Notes: generated from the sequence alone by a model not told the origin. DNA of 64,000 bases from an uncultured Candidatus Actinomarina sp. (GCA_902634185.1 CACPJC010000001.1:96001-160000); one strand, 5' to 3'. Numbered from the stretch's first letter, positions 29,940 through 40,347 are shown. Translations and numbers: made by a program.

Positions 29940-30990
29940 TTATATTTGTAAGGATCTCCCATTCAATAGTCTTATTCCATTTTGCAATATCGAAAACTGT
30001 AATTTTAAGTTCATTGTTCTCAGAATTTCCCAAAAGAACAACTTCATCATTAATATTTGCCTCCACATCTGTGATGTCATATAAAATTTGATCCATAGTT
30101 ACTCTTCCTATCAAATTGCAATATGTATTGTTAACTATGACTTTTCCATCAGGAAATGTACTCCATGGATATCCATCGCCATATCCAACAGGTGATACAC
30201 CAACAGTTGTATCTCTTTCTAAAGTTAGTGCTTTTCCATAAGAAACGGCTTCACCCTTTTTTCTATGGTGAATATTTGATATTCTTGTTTTTATTGCCAT
30301 CGTAGGTTTCAGATCTTGAACAACTTCTGCGGGTGTTATATTGCACCCATATACTGCGAGACCAACTCTTGACAGGTTAAACGTAGGATCAAAATTATAA
30401 AATGACGATCCAGAATTATCAGCATGTAATAGTAAATTATCTGTATCTACATCCTTGATTGTTTGTTTGAACAATTCGATGGATTCTTCTGTAGGCTCTA
30501 TCTCTTCGTCAGCTAATGGAAAATGGGTGCATATACCAGCAAGATTTATGGTTTTAGAGCTTGTTATTTTTTCATAAAGGTTTTTAAAATCTTCTGGTTC
30601 ACAACCAACTCTGTGCATACCAGTATCTATTTTTATATGGGTATTGAATGCTTTACCGGATTTTGCTAGACCATCAATAAAAAAATCATTATAAACTGTT
30701 AAGTCGATATTATATTTTTCTATATTGTCTATCTCACCAAGTGATGGCTCGGTAAGCAACAATACCCTTAGTTCATCAGATTGTGCTCGAACTTTTTTTG
30801 CTTCACTAATAGCTGCTACTGCAAACCATTTGATTCCAGCTTCCATAGCTGTTTTAACAGTCCATTCAATGCCGTGACCATAACCATTGGCTTTGACAAC
30901 CAAGCAAAGTTCTTTGTCTGATAGTTGTTTTAATACTTCTATATTGTGTAAATAATTTGTCTTATTTACATATACGTAACCTCTATCCAT
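29908..30990 (-). CDS. alr: Alanine racemase
   Basis: VVKANGYGHG PLP lysine, HIKIDTGMHRVG, GYGDG, GRVTMDQ. Confidence 0.95.
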   Translation of the reverse strand: MDRGYVYVNKTNYLHNIEVLKQLSDKELCLVVKANGYGHGIEWTVKTAMEAGIKWFAVAAISEAKKVRAQSDELRVLLLTEPSLGEIDNIEKYNIDLTVYNDFFIDGLAKSGKAFNTHIKIDTGMHRVGCEPEDFKNLYEKITSSKTINLAGICTHFPLADEEIEPTEESIELFKQTIKDVDTDNLLLHADNSGSSFYNFDPTFNLSRVGLAVYGCNITPAEVVQDLKPTMAIKTRISNIHHRKKGEAVSYGKALTLERDTTVGVSPVGYGDGYPWSTFPDGKVIVNNTYCNLIGRVTMDQILYDITDVEANINDEVVLLGNSENNELKITVFDIAKWNKTIEWEILTNINERLERVEIE

Positions 30991-30995
30991 ATTAT

Positions 30996-32792
30996 TTATT
31001 CTACAGTAACTGACTTTGCAAGGTTTCTTGGTTGATCAATCGATTGGCCATTCTTGTTAGCTACGTGATAGGCAATAAATTGTAGAGGTATAATCGAGAT
31101 CACAGTAGTTAGTATTTCATTACTATCTGGTAGTGTGACATAATCATTTGATATATTTTCAAGCTTTTCTGACTCACTATCTCCAATAGCAATTACATAT
31201 GCTCCCCTGGCAATAACCTCTTGTACATTACTGGTCGTCTTATCAAGTAGATGATTTTGACTGGCAGTAACTATTACAGGGGTTCCTTTTTCTATTAAAG
31301 CTAGCGTACCGTGTTTAAGCTCTCCTGCTGCTAATGCCTCAGCATGCAGATAGGAAATTTCCTTTAATTTTAAGGCACCTTCAGCTGCCAAAGCATAATC
31401 CAATCCTCGACCAATAAAATAGATATCATTCTTTTTATAGATTTTTTCAGATATTTCTTTTATTTGCCCTTCACAAGCCATAGTGTGGTCTATTAGCTTT
31501 GGGAGTTCTGCAATTTCATCAAATGAGACATCTAACTTATTTTCAGCGTCCCAGTGTTTTGCTATGACAAGCTGAGAAACAAGCATGCCTAAATAAGCTT
31601 TGGTAGAAGCTACCCCTATCTCTGGCCCTACATGTAGATAAAATACACTATCAGCCATTCTTGCTAATGAACTACCAACCACATTTACTAAAGCAAGAAC
31701 ATGTGAACCATTTTCCTTTAATAATTCTGTAGCAGCAATAGTGTCCATGGTTTCTCCGGACTGGGAAATTACAATACCTAAATCGTTTTTTCCCACGATT
31801 GGTTCTCTATATCTGAACTCTGAAGCAAGCTCAACACTTACCGGAACTCCAAGAACTTTCTCAAATAGATCTTTCCCAAACAAACCAGCATGATAGGCTG
31901 TTCCGCATGCAACAATCCAAATTTTTTCAAATTTTGAAGCCTCGTCTAACTTAATTGGGATTTCATCTGAAGATGCTTCAAGCCTTCCAGATAAAGTTCT
32001 TTCTATTACCTCAGATTGTTCAAGGATTTCTTTATACATAAAATGGTCATACCCTGACTTCTCTGCTTCAGATACCTCCCAATCGATTTCTTGAATTTCT
32101 CTCTGGATTTCATTTAATTCAGAATCGAACAACTTATATTTACCATTTTTAATTTCTACAAAATCACCATTTTCAAGAAATATCATTTTCTTTGTATGTT
32201 CTAAGATTGCTGCTGAATCAGATGCTAGAAAAACCTCATTATCACCAACTCCAAGGACTAGAGGACTCATTAATCTTCCTGCAACAATAGTGCCCTCTTC
32301 TTTTGTTGTAGTCACAACAAGGGCATATGTTCCCTCAAGTGTTTTTGCTACATTCACCACTGTTTTTAAAAGATTTCCATTCCATTTTCTGCTTAACTCT
32401 ACAGCTACGACTTCCGTGTCAGTGTCTGAATTAAATTTAAATCCATCGTTTGTAAGATCTTTCTTGATTTCTGCATAATTCTCAATAATGCCATTGTGAA
32501 TGATTGCAAATTCATCATTGTTGTCTGAATGTGGGTGTGCATTCACATCATTCGGTACTCCATGAGTTGCCCATCTTGTATGACCAATCCCTATATTTCC
32601 TAAAATTTGCTTATCTTCTAAATGTTCTTTTAAGACATCGAGTTTACCCTCTTTTTTTTCAATCGTTATTTTGCTTCCATCAGAAATTGCTATTCCTGCT
32701 GAATCATATCCTCGATATTCCAAACGAGAGAGACCATTGATTAAGATTGGTAAAGGTTCTTTAGGGCCTGAATACCCTACAATTCCACACAT
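30996..32792 (-). CDS. glmS: Glutamine--fructose-6-phosphate transaminase
   Basis: MCGIVG, LEYRGYDSAG, GHTRWATHG, SQSGET, PRNLAKSVTVE. Confidence 0.98.
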   Translation of the reverse strand: MCGIVGYSGPKEPLPILINGLSRLEYRGYDSAGIAISDGSKITIEKKEGKLDVLKEHLEDKQILGNIGIGHTRWATHGVPNDVNAHPHSDNNDEFAIIHNGIIENYAEIKKDLTNDGFKFNSDTDTEVVAVELSRKWNGNLLKTVVNVAKTLEGTYALVVTTTKEEGTIVAGRLMSPLVLGVGDNEVFLASDSAAILEHTKKMIFLENGDFVEIKNGKYKLFDSELNEIQREIQEIDWEVSEAEKSGYDHFMYKEILEQSEVIERTLSGRLEASSDEIPIKLDEASKFEKIWIVACGTAYHAGLFGKDLFEKVLGVPVSVELASEFRYREPIVGKNDLGIVISQSGETMDTIAATELLKENGSHVLALVNVVGSSLARMADSVFYLHVGPEIGVASTKAYLGMLVSQLVIAKHWDAENKLDVSFDEIAELPKLIDHTMACEGQIKEISEKIYKKNDIYFIGRGLDYALAAEGALKLKEISYLHAEALAAGELKHGTLALIEKGTPVIVTASQNHLLDKTTSNVQEVIARGAYVIAIGDSESEKLENISNDYVTLPDSNEILTTVISIIPLQFIAYHVANKNGQSIDQPRNLAKSVTVE

Positions 32793-32828
32793 TATATCTC
32801 CATTCCAACGAGCAGGTTAAAATAAAGA

Positions 32829-32962
32829 CTGCTTTAAATTGTCTCTGTTCAGAAATTTCTCTCTGTTTTTAAACAATTTATATCGACTGCAGAGCCGAGT
32901 ATGCATCCGCCGAATTTTTCGATAACATACTTCCTCGTCACCTCGTAAAAGGCCAGGCGCTA
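32829..32962 (-). ncRNA. glmS riboswitch-ribozyme
   Basis: A^GCGCCUGG...UGACGAGG...UUAUCGA...UUCGGCGG core; P2 AGUAUG/CAUACU, P3 CGGCU/AGUCG, P3.1 CUGC/GCAG, P4 UAAAUUGUUU/AGACAAUUUA, P4.1 with GAAA tetraloop; in the glmS 5' UTR; predicted cleavage between 32961 and 32960. Confidence 0.95.
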
Positions 32963-32998
32963 TATTGCTCGTTATAAAGAGTATATCGATAAGTATGG

Positions 32999-34303
32999 TT
33001 AATTTAGGTATTTATTAATTTTTGTAATAAGCTCATCTGAAAAATCTTCCATAGCTTCATTACTTTTAGCCTCTACAAGTACACGCAATAATGGCTCTGT
33101 CCCTGAATTACGTATTAAATATCTTCCGTCTAAATCTTTTTTTATTGACATGTCCAAAGCTATCTGATTTATGTATTCTAATTCTTCGTCATTTAATTTA
33201 TTTTTTAATTCTAAGTTTGTCAGTTGTTGTGGGTATTCATAAAGATTCTCTTTCTTAAAATCACTCAAAGCTACACCAAAGTATTGCATAGCTTTCAAAA
33301 CATAGATTAATGTAACTAGACCGTCACCAACTGGTAATAGGTCAGAAATAATGATATGACCAGACTGTTCTCCCCCTAAAGCAGCGTTATATTTTTTCAT
33401 TGCCTCTGCAACATATTTATCACCAACTGGAGTTTCAATAAGATCAAAATTAAATTTTTCTATGGCTTGTTTAAAGCCATAATTTGACATTACCGTACTA
33501 ACAACAATGTTATTAGTAAGCTGATTTACTTCTGATAAATATTTTGAAAGAATTGTTAGTATCAGATCTCCATTTACAATATCTCCGTTTTCATCAACCA
33601 TTATCAATCTATCGGCATCACCGTCAAAAGATGCACCAATTTCACCCTTTTTAATATTTTTTTGTAGATTTTCAGGGACTGTTGCTCCACAGTCTTTATT
33701 AATATTTAGGCCATCCGGTTGATTGTTAATTATTCTGTAATTTGCATTTTTTTTATCAAACAACTCTTTTATGACAGTTGAAGCTGATCCGTTTGCTGCA
33801 TCGATGAGTATTTGAAAATGACTAAAATCAATATCTGTAACCTCATCAAGAAAATTCAGATATTCAAGATGTCCATCACTTAAATTAATTATTTCAGCAT
33901 GTTGATTTGGTAGTTCTAAGCTATCAATATTTTTTTCAATTGATATTTCAACATCATCATCTAATTTTGATCCGTTTTCTTGAATTAACTTTATGCCGTT
34001 ATATTCAGCAGGATTATGTGAAGCAGAAATTATAATTCCAAGATCGTAATTAAATTTTTTCAAAATTATAGGCATTGAGCCAGAAGGTAAAACTCCATGA
34101 TTATAAATGTTTACTTTACTTGAAAATCCTATGGAAATCCATTTCAGAATTTCATCTGAGGATGAACGTGTATCTGAAATAACACCAATATTTTTAGGAT
34201 TTATATGCTGTTCAACAGATGCGGATATTTTGGATATAAGATCTTGACTTAAAGTATCGTTAGGTATCCCCCTAATACCATCAGTACCAAAATACTTCTT
34301 CAA
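32999..34303 (-). CDS. glmM: Phosphoglucosamine mutase
   Basis: YFGTDGIRG, ISASHNP, FDGDADR, VGDKYV, GGEQSGH, SGTEPLLRV; TTG start. Confidence 0.95.
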   Translation of the reverse strand: MKKYFGTDGIRGIPNDTLSQDLISKISASVEQHINPKNIGVISDTRSSSDEILKWISIGFSSKVNIYNHGVLPSGSMPIILKKFNYDLGIIISASHNPAEYNGIKLIQENGSKLDDDVEISIEKNIDSLELPNQHAEIINLSDGHLEYLNFLDEVTDIDFSHFQILIDAANGSASTVIKELFDKKNANYRIINNQPDGLNINKDCGATVPENLQKNIKKGEIGASFDGDADRLIMVDENGDIVNGDLILTILSKYLSEVNQLTNNIVVSTVMSNYGFKQAIEKFNFDLIETPVGDKYVAEAMKKYNAALGGEQSGHIIISDLLPVGDGLVTLIYVLKAMQYFGVALSDFKKENLYEYPQQLTNLELKNKLNDEELEYINQIALDMSIKKDLDGRYLIRNSGTEPLLRVLVEAKSNEAMEDFSDELITKINKYLN

Positions 34304-34310
34304 TGAATTA

Positions 34311-34700
34311 TTATCTTTTAGTAAATTGCTCTGCTCTACGGGCTTTCTTTAGTCCGTATTTTTTTCTTTCAACTTTACGAGCATCTCTAGTGAGAAGACC
34401 TGCTTTTTTTAGTTTTGGTCTAAGTTCTGGATCAAATTGAATTAATGCTCTGGAAATACCTAAAGCTACAGCATCAGCTTGGGCAGATAAACCACTTCCA
34501 TTCACATTAACTTTTAAATTAAACTTTTTTTCCATCCCCACTACGTTAAATGGTTTGTTGATTGTCATCCTCATTGATGGGCTTGGAAAATAGTCTTCGA
34601 TTGTTTTACCATTGAATTCAAAATTTCCCTCACCTTCACTTAACATAACTCTTGCTACAGATGTCTTTCTTCTTCCAGTTCCTAAAATTGTTTTACTCAT
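34311..34700 (-). CDS. rpsI: 30S ribosomal protein S9
   Basis: GTGRRKTSVARV, RDARKVERKKYG, QFTKR. Confidence 0.98.
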   Translation of the reverse strand: MSKTILGTGRRKTSVARVMLSEGEGNFEFNGKTIEDYFPSPSMRMTINKPFNVVGMEKKFNLKVNVNGSGLSAQADAVALGISRALIQFDPELRPKLKKAGLLTRDARKVERKKYGLKKARRAEQFTKR

Positions 34701-35155
34701 TATTCAACTACTTTCTTTATATCAAAACTTAGTTCAGATGGATTTTGAGCACCATGTGGATGAGTTTCATTTCTATAAACATATAATTTCTTTAAAATTG
34801 ATCTTCCTAGTCTATTTTTTGGAAGCATTCCCCACACTGCGCGTTCTATTATTTTTTCTGGTTTTCTTTTTTTCAACGAATTAAATGATTCTTCTTTTAA
34901 ACCACCAGGATAACCAGAATGATCGTAATACATTTTTTGCTCAGGTTTTTTTGAAGTAGCCTGAATTTTTGATGCATTGATTACTACAACATAGTCTCCT
35001 ACATCTAAGTGAGGAGCAAATTGTGGTTTATGCTTTCCTCTTAATATTTGGGCTATCTCACTAGCTAATCTACCTACAGGTAGTCCACTTGCATCAACTA
35101 AATGCCAATTTCTTTCAGATGACTCAACACCATCAAATGTCGTTTTTGTACTCAT
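34700..35155 (-). CDS. rplM: 50S ribosomal protein L13
   Basis: WHLVDA...GRLAS, RGKHKP, HSGYPGG, GMLPKN. Confidence 0.98.
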   Translation of the reverse strand: MSTKTTFDGVESSERNWHLVDASGLPVGRLASEIAQILRGKHKPQFAPHLDVGDYVVVINASKIQATSKKPEQKMYYDHSGYPGGLKEESFNSLKKRKPEKIIERAVWGMLPKNRLGRSILKKLYVYRNETHPHGAQNPSELSFDIKKVVE

Positions 35156-35213
35156 AAAACCTTAAAGAATCGTAACGAAACTTAAGTATAAATTGTATTC
35201 ATATTTATGGAAA

Positions 35214-35939
35214 CTAGTATTTGATTTTCCATAAATGCAGCCCACTACTTGGAACCATAAATCTGTGCCTGGTATCATTTGGATTCATTAATGACTTTTT
35301 GAGCTCTTTGATTGAAATTTTTCCATCGATAACTGCAAGCTGGCACCCAACAATAGATCTAACCATATTATGAAGGAACGAGTTTCCCTCGATTGTGTAT
35401 ATAAATTTTGAATTCTGAACTGACCACTTGCTTAATGAAATTTTTCTCAATGGTTTCTGATTAGTTCTTAATTTAGAGAAATTTTGAAAATTTTTTTCAC
35501 CCAAAAAAATTTTTGAAATATTATTAAGTTGTTCAAGTTCAAAGTTTTTTTCAATGTAATAGACATAATCTTTTGAAAAAGGTAATTCCTTAGAATTATT
35601 AAGAATAAAATACTTATAAACCCTTAATTTTGCATCAAATCTCGGATTAAATTCGTCTTTTACTTTACTCAATTTATTCATTCTTATCTCATTTGTTATT
35701 AAGGAATTAAACGAGTGTACAAATTTACTATTTAGTTCATGTTGCGAACGAACAGATATTATTTGTGACTTTGCATGAACACCAGAATCTGTTCTTCCAG
35801 AATAATTAAGCTCATAATTATCAATAAGTCTGTCAAGAACTTCTAATATTTCACCCTGTATAGTTCTATTTTTTGGCTGTTGTTGAAAACCATGAAAATT
35901 GGTTCCATTGTAGGAAATGTCTATTTTATAGGTAGGCAA
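35214..35939 (-). CDS. truA: tRNA pseudouridine(38-40) synthase
   Basis: Y.GTNFHGFQ.Q, SGRTDSGVHA, FLHNMVRSIVG; TTG start. Confidence 0.95.
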   Translation of the reverse strand: MPTYKIDISYNGTNFHGFQQQPKNRTIQGEILEVLDRLIDNYELNYSGRTDSGVHAKSQIISVRSQHELNSKFVHSFNSLITNEIRMNKLSKVKDEFNPRFDAKLRVYKYFILNNSKELPFSKDYVYYIEKNFELEQLNNISKIFLGEKNFQNFSKLRTNQKPLRKISLSKWSVQNSKFIYTIEGNSFLHNMVRSIVGCQLAVIDGKISIKELKKSLMNPNDTRHRFMVPSSGLHLWKIKY

Positions 35940-35940
35940 T

Positions 35941-36489
35941 TTAAATTATGATTTTTAATGGATCGGATGTCCAAAAAAGTATAAAAATAAATATTGCTGA
36001 TGCAACTCGCGTATTTCTTTTTTCAATAAAAAATCCCGATTCAAGCGATTTTGAAACAGTCATATAAATCCAAAATATTATCAAAAGAATAAATACTTGA
36101 TTAATTCTTTCTCCAAAATTCATTAATGAACTTTGAATAACATACCAAAGTGCGACAAAACCAATTAGGCCGTGAGAGTATCCTGTAATTGTTACGACTG
36201 CGTTCAAATCTATGTTTTCTTTAAATATTCTTCCAAGGGCAAACCACATTACAAGACTTGAGAATACCCAAGAAAATGTTCCATCAAGAACTCCAAAAAA
36301 TATTAAATCAAAAATATTGCTTAAATTTGAATTTAAGAAAATTGGAGCATAAAGAGCAAGAAGGCTAATTGTGACAACTAGAAATGCATTACCAGTCTCA
36401 TATCTGTCTTGGCTTATTTTTAAAATTGTTTCAGAATCAAATCTGATAAATAGTTTGAATTGTTTCCAAACGTCTTTGAAGGTATTCAA
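35941..36489 (-). CDS. Membrane protein, possibly Yip1-like
   Basis: About 5 hydrophobic segments; inserted between rplQ and truA; TTG start. Confidence 0.55.
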   Translation of the reverse strand: MNTFKDVWKQFKLFIRFDSETILKISQDRYETGNAFLVVTISLLALYAPIFLNSNLSNIFDLIFFGVLDGTFSWVFSSLVMWFALGRIFKENIDLNAVVTITGYSHGLIGFVALWYVIQSSLMNFGERINQVFILLIIFWIYMTVSKSLESGFFIEKRNTRVASAIFIFILFWTSDPLKIII

Positions 36490-36490
36490 G

Positions 36491-36841
36491 TTAGACTAAC
36501 TCAAGTACTGCGAGTTCAGCCCCATCACCTTTTCTATAACTTGTTCTAGTTATTCTGGTATACCCACCATCTCTATCTTGATATTTTGGACCTATCTCAT
36601 CGAAGAGCTTTGCTACAACTGCTTTATTTTGGATAAATTTTAGAACTTGTCTTCTATCATGAAGTGAGCCCTTTTTAGCTTTTGTAATTACCTTATCAGC
36701 ATAAGGCTTTGTAACTTTGGCTTTTGTAAGAGTCGTCTCTATTTTCTCAAATTCAATTAACGATGCAATCAAATTGCCAATGATTTGATCTTCATGAGAG
36801 GATGACCCCCCAAGCAACTTGCCTCTTCTAGGTTTAGGCAT
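36491..36841 (-). CDS. rplQ: 50S ribosomal protein L17
   Basis: IETTLTKAK, RDGGYTRI, RKGDGAEL. Confidence 0.97.
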   Translation of the reverse strand: MPKPRRGKLLGGSSSHEDQIIGNLIASLIEFEKIETTLTKAKVTKPYADKVITKAKKGSLHDRRQVLKFIQNKAVVAKLFDEIGPKYQDRDGGYTRITRTSYRKGDGAELAVLELV

Positions 36842-37793
36842 CTGAGTTATCGTCCGAATTCAAGTCAGAGCTTGTAGGCAAGCTGAGACCAAGTTCATCT
36901 AATTTTGCTACAAGTTCATCCAAACTTTTTTGTCCAAAGTTTGTAAGGTTTAACAAGTCATCTTCTGTGTATTCTAAAATTTGACCAACTGTTGTTATAT
37001 TTTCCCTACCCAAACAATTTCTAGGTCTCTCAGACAAATCTAATGCATCTACTGATAATGACAAGTCTGGTGAGCTACCCTCTGAAATGGTAAGTTCACC
37101 TAATTCAAGTCCAACTCCTTCATCAATATCTGCAAACAGTTTCCACAATTCACCTAAAGTTTTACCGACGGAAGAAATTGCTTCACTAGGTTCAATTGAG
37201 CCATCAGTTTCAACATCCAAGCTCAATTTATCGTAGTTGGTAACTTGACCAACTTGGGTTGGTGATACAGCGTAGCTTACTTTTACAACTGGTGAAAATA
37301 TAGAATCTATTGGAATAAAACTTGAATCACTTGTTTTATTTTTATCAGCTAAGCGATACCCAACTCCATGAGCTATAGAAACTTCCATATCTAATGTTGA
37401 ATCGTTTGAAAGGGTACAAATTTTTAGATCTGTGTTCACAACTTCAACACCAGCTGGACATTGAATTTGTGCAGCTTTCACCTCTCCTGGGCCTTTAGCT
37501 TTTACTGTCAATGTATGGCTTTCTTGATCGTCTACCTTCAAGACTAATCTTTTTAGGTTCAGTAAGATATCAAGGACATCTTCAACAACACCTGGAACAG
37601 AAGTAAATTCATGGTTCACTCCATCAATTTTTACTCCAGTTACAGCAACACCTGGGACTCTTGATAATAAAGCCCTTCTCATTGTATTACCTAGGGTTAA
37701 ACCAAAACCTGGTTCGAGTGGTTCAATAACAAAATTTGCTCTTGACTTTCCAAGATCCTCTTGTGATATTTCAGGTCTTTGTAAAATTAACAC
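36834..37793 (-). CDS. rpoA: RNA polymerase alpha subunit
   Basis: IEPLEPGFG.TLGN..RR, HEF...GVVEDV, IDSIFSPV, NFGQKSL. Confidence 0.98.
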   Translation of the reverse strand: MLILQRPEISQEDLGKSRANFVIEPLEPGFGLTLGNTMRRALLSRVPGVAVTGVKIDGVNHEFTSVPGVVEDVLDILLNLKRLVLKVDDQESHTLTVKAKGPGEVKAAQIQCPAGVEVVNTDLKICTLSNDSTLDMEVSIAHGVGYRLADKNKTSDSSFIPIDSIFSPVVKVSYAVSPTQVGQVTNYDKLSLDVETDGSIEPSEAISSVGKTLGELWKLFADIDEGVGLELGELTISEGSSPDLSLSVDALDLSERPRNCLGRENITTVGQILEYTEDDLLNLTNFGQKSLDELVAKLDELGLSLPTSSDLNSDDNSDA

Positions 37794-37814
37794 TTTTTGC
37801 TCCTCTCCTATATT

Positions 37815-38429
37815 CTATTTCGAATAAAGTTCTACTATTAATTGTTCTTCAATTTGTTGACTTGCGTCATTTCTTGTAGGTTGGTTTAAAACTTCAATAT
37901 TTTTCTTCTTTTCATCAACTTTTAGCCATGATGCAGGTTCTCTGTCTTGTCCAGTATCAATGGTATGTTGAACAATTATTAAATCATTGCTTTGATCTTT
38001 TAGCTCAATTTTATCTCCTGGCTTGACCTGTATAGATGGAATATCTACAAGGTTCCCATTCAATTTAAAATGCCTATGAGAAACTAGCTGTCTAGCTTGC
38101 GGTCTAGTAGACGCAAATCCAGCTCTATAGATAACATTATCGATTCTAGATTCTAAAAGTACCAACAAGTTTTCACCGGTAATTCCTGGCATTCGAGTAG
38201 CTTCTTTATAATAATTTCTGAACTGTTTTTCCATTACACCGTACATGTATCTGACTTTTTGTTTTTCCTTTAACTGAGTTCCGTAATCTGTTTCACGCAT
38301 ACGTTTCTTACCATTTTCACCTGGTGGGTATGGTCTATCTTGAAGTGCTTTGTCACCTTTTCTATTCTCAAAAACATTAAATCCAATTCTTCTAGAAACT
38401 CTTACTCTAGGACCTGTATATCTAGCCAT
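37815..38429 (-). CDS. rpsD: 30S ribosomal protein S4 (cysteine-free form)
   Basis: MARYTGP, QLKEKQK, LESRIDNVIYR, QLIVELYSK. Confidence 0.98.
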   Translation of the reverse strand: MARYTGPRVRVSRRIGFNVFENRKGDKALQDRPYPPGENGKKRMRETDYGTQLKEKQKVRYMYGVMEKQFRNYYKEATRMPGITGENLLVLLESRIDNVIYRAGFASTRPQARQLVSHRHFKLNGNLVDIPSIQVKPGDKIELKDQSNDLIIVQHTIDTGQDREPASWLKVDEKKKNIEVLNQPTRNDASQQIEEQLIVELYSK

Positions 38430-38812
38430 TAGTTTCTTCTCCTCTTTTTAGGACGACATCCATTGTGTGGGGTTGGTGTTATGTCTTTGATAGTTCCTAC
38501 GTCCATTCCCATATTTTGAAGAGTTCTTACTGCTGTTTCTCTACCTGCACCTGTACCACTAATGATTATATCTAATTTGTGTATACCAAATTCTGTTGCT
38601 CGTCTAACAGCCTCTTCTGCTGCAACTTGGGCAGCATATGGAGTTGATTTTCTAGAACCCTTAAATCCAACAGAACCACCAGATGTCCATACAACTGTTT
38701 CACCGTTTGTATCAGAAATATTTATTATAGTGTTGTTAAAACTTGCTTTTATATGCGCTACGCCTGAAGGAATATTTTTTTTATTTTTTTTCTTTGATTT
38801 TTGTTCAGCCAC
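38429..38812 (-). CDS. rpsK: 30S ribosomal protein S11
   Basis: [27 protein letters not shown]. Confidence 0.98.
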   Translation of the reverse strand: MAEQKSKKKNKKNIPSGVAHIKASFNNTIINISDTNGETVVWTSGGSVGFKGSRKSTPYAAQVAAEEAVRRATEFGIHKLDIIISGTGAGRETAVRTLQNMGMDVGTIKDITPTPHNGCRPKKRRRN

Positions 38813-39189
38813 TATTTCATAACTTTCTTCTTACCTGCAATAGCAAATCTTGGACCTTTTCTTGTTCTTGCATTAGTGTGAGTTCTTTGACCTCTTACAG
38901 GTAATCCCGTTCTATGTCTAATACCTTGGTAAGTTCCAATTTCAGTTTTTCTTCTTATGTTTTGTGAAACATCTCTTCTCAAATCACCTTCAACTCTAAA
39001 ATTTGATTCTATATATTTTCTTATCTTTGCAATCTCATCATTTGTAAGATTGTTTACTCTTGTGTCAGGATTTATTTCGAGATCACTACAAATGTCTTCT
39101 GCTCGTTTTGTGCCAATACCGTGTATGTATCTGAGTGAAGCTATAACTCTTTTTTCTCTTGGTATATCAATACCTGAAATTCTAGCCAA
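38812..39189 (-). CDS. rpsM: 30S ribosomal protein S13
   Basis: [34 protein letters not shown]; TTG start. Confidence 0.98.
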   Translation of the reverse strand: MARISGIDIPREKRVIASLRYIHGIGTKRAEDICSDLEINPDTRVNNLTNDEIAKIRKYIESNFRVEGDLRRDVSQNIRRKTEIGTYQGIRHRTGLPVRGQRTHTNARTRKGPRFAIAGKKKVMK

Positions 39190-39191
39190 AC

Positions 39192-39308
39192 TTAACCTTG
39201 CCTTTGCTTATGTCTTGGGTTCCTTTTATTGATAACATATAGCTTGCCTTTACGACGAACTATTTGATCGTTAGGACCTCTTTTTTTTATACTCGCTTTT
39301 ACTTTCAT
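39192..39308 (-). CDS. rpmJ: 50S ribosomal protein L36, cysteine-free (C-) form; not in the ORF track
   Basis: Translated by hand: [38 protein letters not shown]; ATG overlaps the infA stop. Confidence 0.96.
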   Translation of the reverse strand: MKVKASIKKRGPNDQIVRRKGKLYVINKRNPRHKQRQG

Positions 39309-39529
39309 TTATGTCTCCAAGTAATCCTACCTCTTGTAGGATCATATGGTGATACTTCCATCTCTACTACATCACCAGGTAGAATTCGAATATACTTCAT
39401 TCTCATTTTTCCTGATACATGTGCTAAGATTTCTGCTCCACTCTCAAGCTTGACCTTAAATGAGGCGTTTGGAAGAGTTTCAGTTACAGTCCCCTGTACT
39501 TTAATTATGTTCTTTTCTTTTTCTACCAA
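39305..39529 (-). CDS. infA: Translation initiation factor IF-1
   Basis: [36 protein letters not shown]. Confidence 0.98.
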   Translation of the reverse strand: MVEKEKNIIKVQGTVTETLPNASFKVKLESGAEILAHVSGKMRMKYIRILPGDVVEMEVSPYDPTRGRITWRHK

Positions 39530-39600
39530 AATTACCTGATTTTAAGACCGATTAACTAGATTAGTCTGATTATGAACTATTACCAACAAATTTTGAAAAA

Positions 39601-40347
39601 TTACAATTCTGAAAAAATACATACTTCATCCTCCATTATTCCTATTACGTGTTCCCAGTGAGCGGATTTTTTTCCATCAGCAGTCCTTACAGTCCATCCA
39701 TCTGCATCAACTTTTGTATCTCCGGTACCTAAATTGAACATTGGTTCAATGCAGATTGCCATACCTTTTTTTAACTTAAATCCTTTATTTTTGATACCGT
39801 AATTTGGTACTTGTGGATCTTCATGCATTTCTAGTCCAATCCCATGACCAACATATTCTCTGACAACTCCGTAAGAATTTTTCTTACCAATTTTTTCAAT
39901 TTTATTACCAATAGTCCCTAGCTTTTGACCATCCTTTACAAGTTTTATTGCCTCGTAAAGGGCTTTTTTTGTAACATCGATTAACTTCTGATCTTCACTA
40001 GAAATTTGTCCTATTCCATAAGTGAGAGCTGCGTCTGCATGAAACCCATTTACAGTACAACCAACATCAATTGATAATATATCACCCTCTTCTATAACAA
40101 AATTTTTTGGAATTCCATGAACAATAACATCATTGGGTGATGCACAAATGTATGAAGGAAATCCTCTGTAATTTAGGAAATTTGAGACTGCATTTGATTT
40201 TTTAATTATCTCTTCTGCCTTTTTGTCTAATGTTTCTATTTTTGTTCCGGGTAAAGAAATATTTTGTAATTCTGCATGAATGGTGGCAACTATTTTTCCC
40301 GCTTTTTTCATATTCATAAAATCTTCATTTGATTTGAAAGTAATCAT
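39601..40347 (-). CDS. map: Methionine aminopeptidase type I
   Basis: SPNDVIVHGIP, DVG...GFHAD, GHGIG..MHEDP, IEPM, SAHWEH. Confidence 0.97.
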   Translation of the reverse strand: MITFKSNEDFMNMKKAGKIVATIHAELQNISLPGTKIETLDKKAEEIIKKSNAVSNFLNYRGFPSYICASPNDVIVHGIPKNFVIEEGDILSIDVGCTVNGFHADAALTYGIGQISSEDQKLIDVTKKALYEAIKLVKDGQKLGTIGNKIEKIGKKNSYGVVREYVGHGIGLEMHEDPQVPNYGIKNKGFKLKKGMAICIEPMFNLGTGDTKVDADGWTVRTADGKKSAHWEHVIGIMEDEVCIFSEL

